Notes under the pieces: generated by a model | The model's database searches: none | What the model saw: only the letters and a program-made list of their open reading frames with translations | What the model was told of the DNA's origin: nothing | Origin: Alphaproteobacteria bacterium | GTDB taxonomy: Bacteria; Pseudomonadota; Alphaproteobacteria; Rs-D84 | DNA length: 32,000 nucleotides | NCBI GenBank assembly: GCA_017475605.1 | Contig: JAFVFD010000005.1 | Location: 1-32,000 of the forward strand | Direction of reading: 5' to 3' | In this document: positions 23,594 to 32,000 of the stretch, in pieces | Position numbering within the stretch: the stretch's first letter is position 1 | Layout of the letters: each line of letters starts with the position of its first letter | Program-made: the position numbers and the translations under genes

Positions 23594-26509
23594 ATGAAAA
23601 AACTTGGGCTGATTTTGGTTGGGTGCCTTGTATTCATTGGTCTTTACGGTGCCCATGCTGACAATCTTGATGACGCAGTACGCGCCGCGGTTCGTCGTGG
23701 GTCGAACCCGTCATCTGTTACAACGCGGCAAAAAAGTGATTTTACGCAGCAAAACACCCAAACACGACCACAAACAAACCGTACAAATAATGTTGTTACC
23801 CGCAACGCAACCGGCACGCGTACGACTAATGTTGTATCCCGTTCAACCGAACAGCCCACAACACCCCCCGCAAACGTTGTCGTTCGCAGTACAACACCCG
23901 TTGTCGCCCGACCACAAAATGTGGCCCCGACGGTTTCCACCCGTACCACAACTGGTATGACCGGACGCACACGCGCACGTTCGACCACCACACGCAATAC
24001 GGCACGCGCCGCAACAACAGTCGCAACCCGCGAAGATATTTTGACCCGCAACTATTCTAAATGTAAAACCGTATTCAACGAATGTATGGACGAATTCTGT
24101 GCGAACAAGGATACCCAGTTAAAACGTTGCGCATGTTCATCGCGTATAAACGAATTTGATAAAATTAAAAAGCAATTAAGCGATATTGATGAAAAAATGT
24201 TGGATTTCAACCAACGTTTGCTGACGGTCAGCATGGACAAGGAAGATGCCGCGGCTTTGAATATCGCAACAGAAGGCGAAAAGGCTTTCTATGATACAAA
24301 AGATGTATCAAAATCAAAGAAAACATTGGACGAAATTGCTAAAAAGCTGAACACAAGTTTTGACAGCAGTAATTTTTCCAGCAGTTTAGGAACCGCTTTG
24401 TCGTGGTCCCTAGATTTAGACAGCGCATTTGATACAGTTGATTCATTAAAGGGTGCGTCCACCGCGGCTAAATCTGGCACCGCCCTTTATTCTGCGGCAT
24501 TACCAATATGTCGCGAAATGGCGGCCGAGGTTTGTTCCGAAGAAGATCTTGTTATTGCGGAAAACGGATATCAGGTTTTGATTAACCAAGATTGCAATAC
24601 GGTTGAAAAAACATATAAAAGTGCCGCGGAACAGGCACGCAACAAGGTGCTAGAAAGTGCCGCCCTGCTGGATATGTCGCGTTTGAATGTTTATCAAACA
24701 AATAATGCCGACGATATTTTGACCTGTAAGACAAAAATGTTGGATATGTTAACCGATTCAACCGTTTGTGGCACAGATTTAGGAAAATGTTTAGATATAA
24801 CCGGCCAATATATCGACCCATCAACTGGTGAAGCATTCCTTTCGTCTGATTTAGCCGACCTGGGGACACTTATTTCCCGTCCTGACGTTAACGAAACCTG
24901 GTCCAGCGCACCAGGGAATGCGACATTTGTAAGGTTTCTTAATTCTAAAAAGAAATTTTTGGAACCCGCCATGGAACATTGTGTAGATATAGCGGACACC
25001 GTTTGGAATGCTTTTGTTGAAGATGCCCTGTCTCAAATCAAGATTGCACAAATTCGCAAACTAGAAACCGTACGTCAATCTTGCACAACATTGACGGCCC
25101 AATGTTTAACCGGGACGATGGAATCAATAGAAGACTTTGATGCACGTGCGTTATCTATATTTGGTGTTGCCGCCGACACAACCGTCAACGCAATGTGCGA
25201 CAATGTTTTGTCATCATGCACAACACTTTTACAGACAACCGATACCCAGTCAGAATGGTACGCCGGTATGACAGGTATTCAGGCAGACATTACATACGAC
25301 ACCATCAAAAAGACCTGTCGCGAGGTTGGACGCGCCTGTGTAATTCAGGTATGTACATCAACATCGGGCAACTTTGGTTTGTGTGAAAACATTTCAACAT
25401 CTATTAACCGTAAATCTATTATCAACCATACTGCATGTTGGGACGAGGTTTTGAACTGCGTTAACAGTGCCGGCGAAGATGCACTTAAACGAATATACAC
25501 CCAAAACGGTCTTGATAATGCAGACAAATATATGTTCTATGCCGACATCTATAATATGTATTCAAATGCCGACAGTGGACCATTTATATCTAATAGTGAA
25601 GATTACACCAGAACTTGTGTTGCAACCGAATCAAATGATACCGAATACGACACCTGTATATATGATATGTGCTATAACGATTGCAATGGTGTTGCATATG
25701 AAGACACACACGCATGTCGCGTATGTCGCTTGGCCGAAAGCATCTGGGGTAATTGCGAGGCACGACCATCCGAACCCCTTGAAAAAGAAGGTCTGCACAA
25801 CCGAATCAAAATGCCAAGTGACAAAAACACAACGACCATTTTGTCTTGGTTTGCCACAAACACAAATACGGCAAATGAACTTGACAGTTGTCGCGACACA
25901 ACATGTGGCATTGGCTTTTATGCCTCGATTGATCCTACGACACAAACCACAATTTGTTTGGATAAATCTTTACAACAAGATGATTGTGAAAACTGTGGTG
26001 AAAATCTACAGATAAAAATTGCAGACGGGGTTAAAAATTGTTGTTCAAACAAAACAGACCGTAACAACAACTGTTGTATCAAGGGCGAAATTGTGGAAAT
26101 TAACGACAGCGACAGCACCAAAATGTGTGTTCCAAACAGAAACACTTCTCTTGTTGCGACTTTCACTGTCCCAGAAGGTAACAGTTATTACCCATCGGGG
26201 ACGTATAAATTGTGGTGTTCTGGTACAGCAATAACATCCAATGATGAAAATCAGGTTGTTTGTCAGGGTGGTAATTTTATAGTAATCAAGGACGATGCGT
26301 CTTGGTACGCGGAACCACAATATAGTCAAAATAATCAAGACCAACAAAGAACGCCAACCATAACAACGTATTTCAGTGCAGGCTGTTTAAATACCAAGTC
26401 CACCGAATACACACATAAATATTCCAACGGTACATGGTCATGGACATCTGATTCTGACCCATTTGACAAAACGGTTAACAGATATAAAATTAGGTATAAC
26501 AAGAATTAA
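23594..26509 (+). CDS. Large exported Cys-rich protein: T/R/V-rich N-terminal linker, helical Cys-containing core, densely Cys-rich C-terminal third
   Basis: 971 aa. Signal peptide MKKLGLILVGCLVFIGLYGAHA. 42 Cys after the signal by hand count. No family recognised. Confidence 0.85.
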   Translation: MKKLGLILVGCLVFIGLYGAHADNLDDAVRAAVRRGSNPSSVTTRQKSDFTQQNTQTRPQTNRTNNVVTRNATGTRTTNVVSRSTEQPTTPPANVVVRSTTPVVARPQNVAPTVSTRTTTGMTGRTRARSTTTRNTARAATTVATREDILTRNYSKCKTVFNECMDEFCANKDTQLKRCACSSRINEFDKIKKQLSDIDEKMLDFNQRLLTVSMDKEDAAALNIATEGEKAFYDTKDVSKSKKTLDEIAKKLNTSFDSSNFSSSLGTALSWSLDLDSAFDTVDSLKGASTAAKSGTALYSAALPICREMAAEVCSEEDLVIAENGYQVLINQDCNTVEKTYKSAAEQARNKVLESAALLDMSRLNVYQTNNADDILTCKTKMLDMLTDSTVCGTDLGKCLDITGQYIDPSTGEAFLSSDLADLGTLISRPDVNETWSSAPGNATFVRFLNSKKKFLEPAMEHCVDIADTVWNAFVEDALSQIKIAQIRKLETVRQSCTTLTAQCLTGTMESIEDFDARALSIFGVAADTTVNAMCDNVLSSCTTLLQTTDTQSEWYAGMTGIQADITYDTIKKTCREVGRACVIQVCTSTSGNFGLCENISTSINRKSIINHTACWDEVLNCVNSAGEDALKRIYTQNGLDNADKYMFYADIYNMYSNADSGPFISNSEDYTRTCVATESNDTEYDTCIYDMCYNDCNGVAYEDTHACRVCRLAESIWGNCEARPSEPLEKEGLHNRIKMPSDKNTTTILSWFATNTNTANELDSCRDTTCGIGFYASIDPTTQTTICLDKSLQQDDCENCGENLQIKIADGVKNCCSNKTDRNNNCCIKGEIVEINDSDSTKMCVPNRNTSLVATFTVPEGNSYYPSGTYKLWCSGTAITSNDENQVVCQGGNFIVIKDDASWYAEPQYSQNNQDQQRTPTITTYFSAGCLNTKSTEYTHKYSNGTWSWTSDSDPFDKTVNRYKIRYNKN

Positions 26510-26521
26510 AAAGGATATACA

Positions 26522-26956
26522 ATGAATTATAAAAAAATTATACCTTATAAATTAAGACGCGCATTATCAATGGCGACAATCGCCGGCGCGACCCTGATGC
26601 CCGCATCTTGTTCCAAGGTGGAAAAGGAAGAACCAACCCGCGATGTCGTGATTGAGTTTGACGAAACGAATTTAAATGAACAATTAAACAAGGAAAAATT
26701 ACAAGAATTGGCCAATGACAAAAGTATAAAAAACATATATTTAACCCCAATAAAACATTGGGATGGCTGGGCCGACAATGGCATCATTGCCTTACGCAAG
26801 GGGCTTTTACAACCCACCATGGAAATATCACCAAAAATGCGCGGTCAGGGAGATTTTGATTTCAAACTTGGCGCGGCGTCCAAGGTTCCGACCGACAGTT
26901 TATGGTTTGTGAAAAACGGATGGACAATAAATAAAAAATACCAGAATCAAAAGTAA
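26522..26956 (+). CDS. Small exported protein, possible lipoprotein
   Basis: 144 aa. N-region KKIIPYKLRR, h-region ALSMATIAGATLMPAS followed by Cys (an imperfect lipobox). Gaps of 12 nt and 4 nt to the flanking genes. Confidence 0.7.
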   Translation: MNYKKIIPYKLRRALSMATIAGATLMPASCSKVEKEEPTRDVVIEFDETNLNEQLNKEKLQELANDKSIKNIYLTPIKHWDGWADNGIIALRKGLLQPTMEISPKMRGQGDFDFKLGAASKVPTDSLWFVKNGWTINKKYQNQK

Positions 26957-26960
26957 GTTT

Positions 26961-28133
26961 ATGAAAAAAATAATTTATATCATTTTTCCATTAATTGTAT
27001 ATGTGTTTGCATATGCCGGTGTGGCACATGCCGCGGATTGTCCGGCATCACCAGAAAATGAAACGGAGTGTACAAGTGTCGCAGGTTGCGTCTATAAAGA
27101 AGTCGGAACCATGAAAGTATGTGAACCATGCAGTACTGGTTTCTACCGAAAAAAAAACCAAGAAAATAAATACATTTGTACAGACTGCACAAAACGTCCC
27201 GATGGTGCGGAATGGAAGGGTAACGGTGGTGATTCTGATAATTGTCCATGGGAAAAAACCTGTGCGGCAGGAACCGTTTGGAACAAAGAAACACAAAATT
27301 GCGATTTCTGTGAACCCTCAAACCAATACACTTCTGTCAGGGCAACCATAAAATATGACGGAACAAATACAACTGTTAATGGCGACCCCGAAGAAGATGC
27401 CCCCGTATGTACAGGTAAATCTTATAAAATAACCATTGATTGCAACTTTGGCTCTGGCTGTAATACACTATATCGTCAATATGGGAATCAAACAGATTGG
27501 TTTTATGACCGTAATATGACAACAAAAATTACCCCCCCTCTATCCCAAATACCAACAAGAACCCGGTATGTTTTTAAAGGATATTATACATCAGATAACA
27601 AACAAATCTTTTCTGGTAGTGGTACGATTGTACACAGCAATGCTGATAATATCAGCGAAGAAACTACGTTACACGCAGAATGGAGTTATGGTTCTTTCAA
27701 AATACAACTTATTAATACAGAAACAGAAAATGTATTACAAACAATTAACAATTGTGGTTTTGACAAAACAGATTGTGACATCTCTTATTCTAGGTGTGCA
27801 TCAGGCATATATATTGAATCAATGAATGTTATTAGCCCTGAAAACTGTGGCACTATAACTGACAATTTTAGCAAATTTTCCATAAGCGAAAACTGTTCTA
27901 TTTCTGATGGTGAAACCGTAAAAATAGGTGTAACATTTGCTGACTGCACTAGTGCTTTTTATTGTACAGCGTGTGTCCAACACCCTTGTACCCCCGGGGC
28001 GACATCTGCTGCGGGCAGTACCAATAAATCCGACTGTCATTATACAAAAAATACCGTATTCCGTGACACCGCGGGCACATTCAATTTGCCAGTTAATGAC
28101 GGAAAAATTAAAATTGAATGGAATTGGAATTAA
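26961..28133 (+). CDS. Exported mosaic Cys-rich protein: TNFR/GCC-like Cys modules flanking a Listeria-Bacteroides (Flg_new)-like repeat
   Basis: 390 aa. Signal peptide ...AYAGVAHA. 24 Cys in the mature part. CEPCSTGFYRKK...CTDC and CTACVQHPCTPGATSAAGSTNKSDC modules. aa 155-242 (YKITIDCNFGSG...IPTRTRYVFKGYYTSDNKQIF...TTLHAEWS) follows the P.r.GY.F.GWY....tLyA.W pattern of Flg_new repeats. Confidence 0.85.
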   Translation: MKKIIYIIFPLIVYVFAYAGVAHAADCPASPENETECTSVAGCVYKEVGTMKVCEPCSTGFYRKKNQENKYICTDCTKRPDGAEWKGNGGDSDNCPWEKTCAAGTVWNKETQNCDFCEPSNQYTSVRATIKYDGTNTTVNGDPEEDAPVCTGKSYKITIDCNFGSGCNTLYRQYGNQTDWFYDRNMTTKITPPLSQIPTRTRYVFKGYYTSDNKQIFSGSGTIVHSNADNISEETTLHAEWSYGSFKIQLINTETENVLQTINNCGFDKTDCDISYSRCASGIYIESMNVISPENCGTITDNFSKFSISENCSISDGETVKIGVTFADCTSAFYCTACVQHPCTPGATSAAGSTNKSDCHYTKNTVFRDTAGTFNLPVNDGKIKIEWNWN

Positions 28134-28134
28134 T

Positions 28135-28175
28135 AATTAAAACAACTTGATTGTTTTAATTGCAGATTTTATTTG
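28135..28175 (+). terminator. Possible AT-rich terminator hairpin at the convergent junction with pth
   Basis: AATTAAAACAA (28135-28145) pairs with TTGTTTTAATT (28151-28161), then GCAGATTTTATTTG. It overlaps the last pth codons and the stem is weak (all A/T plus one C-G pair). Confidence 0.3.
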
Positions 28176-28658
28176 TTCCAATTCCGCATCGCCAACCCGC
28201 CCCAGGACCCAATCCGCCGGATCAATTTTCAAATCAAAATCACGTGGGTGCCCAATTCCAATTCTTATACGGCGATATTCCGCACCAACCGCCGCATCGA
28301 TTGATTTAATGCCGTTGTGGCCCGCACTGGAACCACCCGTTTTTTCCTTTATATTTCCGGGTTTTATATCCATATCATCATGAATCACGATTATATTTTC
28401 GGTTGGTATTTTATAAAACCGCGCAATTGCCCCAACCGCATTCCCAGACAGATTCATAAATGTTACCGGACGCACAAAAATCACATTACGCCCATCAATT
28501 TTTGTGCGATATGTCAACGCATCAAATTCGTTTTTCCACGATGCGTCCGCCCCGGCCAAAAATTCAACCGCCATAAAACCAACATTATGGCGGGTGCGTA
28601 CATATTCGGCCCCCGGATTCCCCAAACCAACAATCATTACAGGTTTATTTTCTTGCAT
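28137..28658 (-). CDS. pth: Peptidyl-tRNA hydrolase
   Basis: 173 aa. Canonical N-terminus MIVGLGNPGAEYVRTRHNVGF, plus GGSSAGHNGIKSI. Confidence 0.95.
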   Translation of the reverse strand: MQENKPVMIVGLGNPGAEYVRTRHNVGFMAVEFLAGADASWKNEFDALTYRTKIDGRNVIFVRPVTFMNLSGNAVGAIARFYKIPTENIIVIHDDMDIKPGNIKEKTGGSSAGHNGIKSIDAAVGAEYRRIRIGIGHPRDFDLKIDPADWVLGRVGDAELEQIKSAIKTIKLF

Positions 28659-28704
28659 AGTTATATCTCTTTTTTTACTATATTATCATACAAAGGGGGA
28701 AAAA

Positions 28705-29253
28705 ATGAAATTAAATTATAAATCTGTTTTAACCGCCGCCACAATTATGGTTACCGCGGCAAATGCGAATGCTGGTTTGGTTGCTGATTGGTATGCGGGG
28801 GCAACCGCGGGCATTGGTGGTCAATCAATCTATCTGGATAACGACAACCACAAAAGTTTTTCCGCCCAATCGTTCGGCGCAGTTATCGGTGTTGATTTGC
28901 CCGTTGTACGATTTGAAGCCGAATATGATTATTTAAATTCTGACTATACGAAATCAGGCCTGTTGGCTGGAAACGCATATGTTAAATTGCCGGGTCTGGT
29001 TGTTGTAAACCCATATATTGGTGTTGGGGTTGGTATGCTTTATGGTTCTGATTCAGATTCCGCAAAATATGCCAAATTCGACAGCACTATTGCCTATCAG
29101 GGTATGTTGGGCGCAACATTTAACATTCCAGCATTACCATTCAAGATTGATGTCGAAGGACGCGCATTAATTGCACCGGATGTTTATGAAGATTTACACG
29201 ATTCCACCGCGTTTCAATATGATGCACGCGTAAAATTGCGTTATATATTCTAG
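28705..29253 (+). CDS. Small outer-membrane beta-barrel protein (OMP_b-brl / Omp25-opacity-like)
   Basis: 182 aa from MKLNYKSVLTAATIMVTAANANA (signal peptide), with an AAGGGGGA SD. Ends ...RVKLRYIF (terminal Phe). The track ORF from 28504 is an antisense-of-pth extension and is rejected. Confidence 0.85.
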   Translation: MKLNYKSVLTAATIMVTAANANAGLVADWYAGATAGIGGQSIYLDNDNHKSFSAQSFGAVIGVDLPVVRFEAEYDYLNSDYTKSGLLAGNAYVKLPGLVVVNPYIGVGVGMLYGSDSDSAKYAKFDSTIAYQGMLGATFNIPALPFKIDVEGRALIAPDVYEDLHDSTAFQYDARVKLRYIF

Positions 29254-29271
29254 GAAACAGGCCTGACAAGT

Positions 29272-32000
29272 ATGCTGACACTGATTGATGGGAACTCTTT
29301 GTTATTTCGCGCATATTACGGCGTACACAGTCGCCTGACACGGCGCGATGGAACCCCAATCGGTGCGGTATACGGCTTTTTCAATATGGTCTTGCCGATT
29401 TTTGCAGTGGCAAAACCAGACGATGCGATTATTTGCGTTTTTGATGCTTCGCGTATCACTTTCCGCCAGGATATTTACCCCGAATACAAAATGAATCGAA
29501 CGGAACCACCCGCCGATTTAGTATCCCAGGGCAAAGTGATTCAGGACGGCTTGATGCGCATGGGGGTGCCGGTACTTTGTGTCCCCGGGGTCGAAGCAGA
29601 CGATGTTATCGCAACATTGGCACATCAAAACGTGGACACGCCAACCCGCATCATCACCAGCGATAAAGATTTAATGCAACTTATTACCGACCGCGTATTT
29701 TTATACGATGGTATGAAGGCGCACGAAATTCACGAACCAGAAGTTCTGGAAAAATTTGGTGTGCGTCCCAACCAGGTAATAGATGTTCAATCGTTGATGG
29801 GCGATTCAACCGATAATGTCCCCGGTGTTCATGGCATTGGTCCGAAAAAGGCATCGGAACTTATCAATCAATATGGAACGTTGGACAACCTGTATGCGCA
29901 TATCGATGAAATAGCAAACGAACGCACACGCAACATGTTGCGCGACGGTCGCGAAATGGCATATATATCGCGCAGGCTCGTTACACTTAAAACAGATGTC
30001 GCACTTGATGGATTAAATATCGCCCCACTGAACTTTAATCGTACGGCGGCAATGGACTTTGTGCGTGATGCGATTGAAAGTGCATCCCTTGCCGCGAAAA
30101 TAGAAAAACTTTTCCCGACAAATACATATAACCCGACCGCGCCACAAACAGTCTTTCCGGGGTCCGCATGTCCAACCGATATCGATTCCGCGCACAACGC
30201 ACCCCGCCCCACCCCGACAGTTGCCACACCGCAAAATAAAATCGCATCTGAATTTGTTGTGATTCGTACGACGGACGAACTGGACGCGTTTTTATCGGGT
30301 GTAAAAAATGTAATCGCGTTTGATACAGAAACAACGGGCCTTAATCAGATATCCGATAAAATTGTCGGTATTTCGTTGGCAACCGATTCGTCGCGTGGCG
30401 CATATATTCCAGTGCGGCATATAACCGCGGGTGGCGATTTATTCGCGACAAGTACGATTGCCCCAAATCAACTTGATTTGGACACTGTCCGCAAACATTT
30501 GTGGCCCATCTTTACCAATACAAATATTGTAAAGGTTGGGCATAACCTTAAATACGATTTACACATTTTGGAAAATGAATCATGGGATACTACCGCGATT
30601 CGTCCGATTGATGATACAATGCTGTTGTCGTATGCGTTACATGGTTCACTTCATGGGCATGGGCTGGACGAATTGGCGATAAAATATCTGGGACACACCG
30701 ATATTGCTTTTTCATCACTTTTCCCCGCGGGCACACGCGATGCGGACAAACATTTTGATATGTTGCCGATTGACACCGCCGCGCCCTATGCCGCCGAAGA
30801 TGCATCTGTATGCTTTGCGTTATACGAATTAATGCGGCCGGAAATTGACGCAAACGAAAAATTGCACGAATTATATGAAACATGTGATTTACCATTGATG
30901 CCTATTTTGATGCGCATGGAACGCAACGGCGTGTTGGTAAATCGCGCGGGGCTGGCACAGCTGTCGGGGGCATTCCACGATCAACTGTCAAAATTGGAAA
31001 GTGAAATCTGGGAAATGGCCGGACATGAATTTAACATAGGCAGCCCTAAACAACTGGGCACTATTTTGTTTGATGAATTACACCTGCCGGAAAATCGGAA
31101 ACGTTCAACCGATGCAGAAACATTAAACGAAATGATTGATGCGCACCCAATAATTGAAAAGATTTTATCGTGGCGTTCAATCGCGAAGTTGGCTGGTACA
31201 TATGCCGATGCTTTGCCGAAACAGATTGCATCAGATGGTCGTATTCACACAACCTATTTACAGACCAGTACGAACACAGGCCGCCTTTCCAGTCGTGATC
31301 CAAACCTGCAAAACATTCCTATTAAAACCGAACTGGGCGAAGAAATTCGCAAATGCTTTGTTGCCCCCGCGGGACGCAAGTTGATTTCCGTTGACTATTC
31401 CCAGGTTCAATTAAGGTTGCTGGCGGATGTCGCAAATGTACACACGTTCCGCGACACATTTAACAACGGTGCCGATATTCACGAACAGACCGCACGCAAG
31501 ATTTTTAATATTCCAGCAAACACCCCCGTTCCAAAAGAGATGCGCCGCGCCGCAAAAACCGTTAACTTTTCCATCATATATGGCATATCGTCATTCGGAC
31601 TGGCGGGGCAATTGGGTGTATCGCGCGCCGCCGCCGCAGATATAATCAATTCATATATGGCCGGGATACCAGAAATCAAACAATACATTGATTATATACA
31701 TAAATTTGCGACCGAAAACGCGTGCGTTTACACCCCATGGGGCCGCCGCATAGAATTACCCGAAGTTAAAAACCCCCGCATGCGCGCATATGCCATGCGT
31801 GCCGCGGTTAACGCACCAATCCAGGGATTTGAAGCAGACATTGTTCGTCGTGCCATGGTGGAAATTGATAAAAACATCGTTCAACCAAATGCCAACATAA
31901 TCAAAATGATTATGCAGGTTCATGATGAAATAATATTTGAATGCGACGAAGACCGCGCCACCGAATTTGCGGAAAAAATTAAAACGGCGATGGAAACCGT
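29272..32000 (+). CDS. polA: DNA polymerase I, 3' end cut by the window edge
   Basis: Starts MLTLIDGNSLLFRAYYG (5'-3' exonuclease N-terminus). 3'-5' exo motif AFDTETTGL. Polymerase motifs RRAAKTVNFSIIYG and QVHDEIIFE. Open to the end of the window, which is why it is absent from the ORF track. Confidence 0.95.
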   Translation, partial: MLTLIDGNSLLFRAYYGVHSRLTRRDGTPIGAVYGFFNMVLPIFAVAKPDDAIICVFDASRITFRQDIYPEYKMNRTEPPADLVSQGKVIQDGLMRMGVPVLCVPGVEADDVIATLAHQNVDTPTRIITSDKDLMQLITDRVFLYDGMKAHEIHEPEVLEKFGVRPNQVIDVQSLMGDSTDNVPGVHGIGPKKASELINQYGTLDNLYAHIDEIANERTRNMLRDGREMAYISRRLVTLKTDVALDGLNIAPLNFNRTAAMDFVRDAIESASLAAKIEKLFPTNTYNPTAPQTVFPGSACPTDIDSAHNAPRPTPTVATPQNKIASEFVVIRTTDELDAFLSGVKNVIAFDTETTGLNQISDKIVGISLATDSSRGAYIPVRHITAGGDLFATSTIAPNQLDLDTVRKHLWPIFTNTNIVKVGHNLKYDLHILENESWDTTAIRPIDDTMLLSYALHGSLHGHGLDELAIKYLGHTDIAFSSLFPAGTRDADKHFDMLPIDTAAPYAAEDASVCFALYELMRPEIDANEKLHELYETCDLPLMPILMRMERNGVLVNRAGLAQLSGAFHDQLSKLESEIWEMAGHEFNIGSPKQLGTILFDELHLPENRKRSTDAETLNEMIDAHPIIEKILSWRSIAKLAGTYADALPKQIASDGRIHTTYLQTSTNTGRLSSRDPNLQNIPIKTELGEEIRKCFVAPAGRKLISVDYSQVQLRLLADVANVHTFRDTFNNGADIHEQTARKIFNIPANTPVPKEMRRAAKTVNFSIIYGISSFGLAGQLGVSRAAAADIINSYMAGIPEIKQYIDYIHKFATENACVYTPWGRRIELPEVKNPRMRAYAMRAAVNAPIQGFEADIVRRAMVEIDKNIVQPNANIIKMIMQVHDEIIFECDEDRATEFAEKIKTAMET

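Noticed and set aside
23438-28136. tRNA-Leu followed by AT-richer accessory genes, which could be a tRNA-targeted genomic island.
   Set aside because: There is no integrase. I could not find a direct repeat of the tRNA 3' end near the pth boundary, and there are no mobility genes. Composition differences are patchy. It is kept only as a compositional remark.
1-32000. CRISPR arrays, rRNA genes, IS elements or transposases, and toxin-antitoxin or restriction-modification defence genes.
   Set aside because: I saw no regularly spaced direct repeats, no rRNA-like segments, no transposase-like ORFs and no recognisable defence-system motifs in any of the listed ORFs.

Overview
The window looks like a chromosomal segment from a diderm (Gram-negative-type) bacterium of moderate-to-low GC. 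I infer this from the C-terminal-Phe beta-barrel proteins, an autotransporter and an A2M-PbpC pair; it may be alphaproteobacterium-like.

Housekeeping backbone: hup (5' partial), a trpS / SIMPL / xerC-like operon, leuS, pth, polA (3' partial) and one tRNA-Leu.

Accessory cell-envelope genes between them:
- a TagD-like cytidylyltransferase plus a LicD-family phosphotransferase
- two loci encoding very cysteine-rich exported proteins (5241-6628 and 23594-28133)
- a subtilase (S8) autotransporter
- a small serine recombinase
- a 1907-aa bacterial alpha-2-macroglobulin translationally coupled to pbpC
- a three-gene outer-membrane operon that includes an omptin-like barrel

I saw no rRNA, CRISPR array, transposase or phage genes.

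The most interesting structure is non-coding, at 6677-6788. A near-consensus sigma70 promoter is bracketed by two inverted 26-bp dyad-symmetric sites that resemble recombination sites. It sits between the Cys-rich operon and leuS and currently points away from the Cys-rich operon. This is the layout of an invertible, phase-variable promoter. A Hin/resolvase-type serine recombinase lies 4.6 kb away and has a matching half-site in its own upstream region.

Other points worth a second look:
- a tRNA-Leu with an apparent AAG (A34) anticodon
- a membrane protein combining a lysine-rich tail, CCC clusters and an EF-hand, next to hup
- the mosaic, eukaryote-like Cys-rich modules

All functional calls come from motifs read by eye in the supplied translations. 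No database search was run.
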